Position numbers and translations under genes: made by a program. From Tubulanus polymorphus (taxonomy: Eukaryota; Animalia; Nemertea): a DNA stretch of 64,000 nt. The notes beneath the pieces were generated by a model. The model ran no database searches. It saw only the letters and a list, made by a program, of their open reading frames with translations, and was not told the DNA's origin. Of the stretch, positions 62,919 to 64,000 are shown one piece after another. Location of the stretch: the NCBI RefSeq assembly GCF_964204645.1, contig NC_134025.1, forward strand, positions 9,052,001 through 9,116,000, written 5' to 3'. The number at the start of each line of letters is the position of its first letter. The first letter of the stretch is position 1.

Positions 62919-64000
62919 TAAAGCAGATATATACGAAATGTTTTTCGAGCGTGGATAACGGTTTCAAGTTGGTTTTCGTGTCATCATTGAAAAACAAGAT
63001 TCTAATTAATCGTCTTTTCGTTCGATCAATTCGAGCGATTGATTGCTATCGATATCTTATTGCTATCGGTCTTGCTAGGTTGTCCGAGAAATCGATTCAA
63101 ATCTGAGATTTGTTACAGATTAACTGCTTCGGCGTCGGTTAATCGAAACAGTCGCATCTTCTTTCCCGCGACGGGGAACCGTGTAATTTCGGGAAATCGT
63201 TGTTCATCTTTTCGTCGCTGCACAAACAACAACTCGTTTCGGAATCAACACATGTTGGATTAAATTCGTATCGGTATTCAGTATTCGGGTTGTAGATTCT
63301 TATCGTAGATGTACTTCTTTACTGGATACTGAATGGACCAGCCGGGGCATTGCAGCAGCGCGCTCGCTAGTTAGTATCCGATATCCTCAACCGTGTTCTG
63401 TTGTTGAATAATCGATAGACGGTTACTATGGAGACGACTTCGTCATCTGCATCATTCATTATCCGCGCGTGTTCAGTAAGCCTACCCGGAGACTGCGCTG
63501 CGCATCACGTCACACTGTTTATGTAGATTTCCATGAAAATGCTATTTTTAGTCGATCTATTTTGATATGAATCATTTTCTGATTTGTCCCGATTCGTTCC
63601 TGAAGGAATGAATCGTTACTCTGTAGTTAGTTCTCGTTTGTCATGTAATGTTTTACGAATCTCCTCAGTTAGTAGCCGGTGTGATTCAGTAGTTGGCAGT
63701 TTTTCATATGGCTCGTACTGGGTAGGTATAGATATAGGGCAGTGTCTAAGGCACTGATTTTATCGGGATTATACACACCACTACTAGAGACTGTATCGAA
63801 CATTGATTTTACGCTGATTCTTTACGATTATTCTCTTGGTATGGAGCCAGCTTTTAACGACTGAAAAGTCTACTCATAGTTCGATATCCGTCAGTCTAGA
63901 AAATATGTGATTTTAATTGACTAAACACAATTTATTAATGTTAATTAATTTGGCCTCGAGATATTTGCTATGTGAGAAAAGTCTTCAATAACAATTCCAC

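Overview
AT-rich, intron-rich, gene-dense animal genomic DNA, most consistent with a marine invertebrate (probably spiralian; this is inference). I can support 15 spliced or single-exon protein-coding genes: TAF5 (5'-truncated), RAB5, EFHB, PP2D1, AP5S1, LRR1, RFT1, CHP1, a SORD-like polyol dehydrogenase, an LRRC74-like gene, an intronless TRPV-like channel, a secreted two-PAN-domain protein, UBE2G2, an Ikaros-family zinc finger gene and an intronless SF3A2. Most short ORFs in the supplied track are exon fragments or noise. The strongest unexplained structure is non-coding. (1) Three non-autonomous DNA elements of 98, 555 and 1296 bp start 5'-CACAGGG, have perfect 8-bp target-site duplications and all sit at gene 5' ends; the largest is a 1.3-kb foldback whose TSD overlaps the UBE2G2 start codon. 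(2) A family of short intronic inverted-repeat insertions carries minimal type I hammerhead ribozyme cores (Penelope-like). (3) The Ikaros-like gene has a strong 5' splice acceptor but no obvious first exon of its own, and lies directly downstream of SF3A2. (4) RAB5-EFHB-PP2D1 microsynteny is shared with human. There are also hAT, Tc1/pogo and piggyBac MITEs, a LINE fragment nested in a transposon TIR, and microsatellites. I found no tRNA, rRNA or CRISPR array. Exon boundaries were read by eye and may be off by a few bases.
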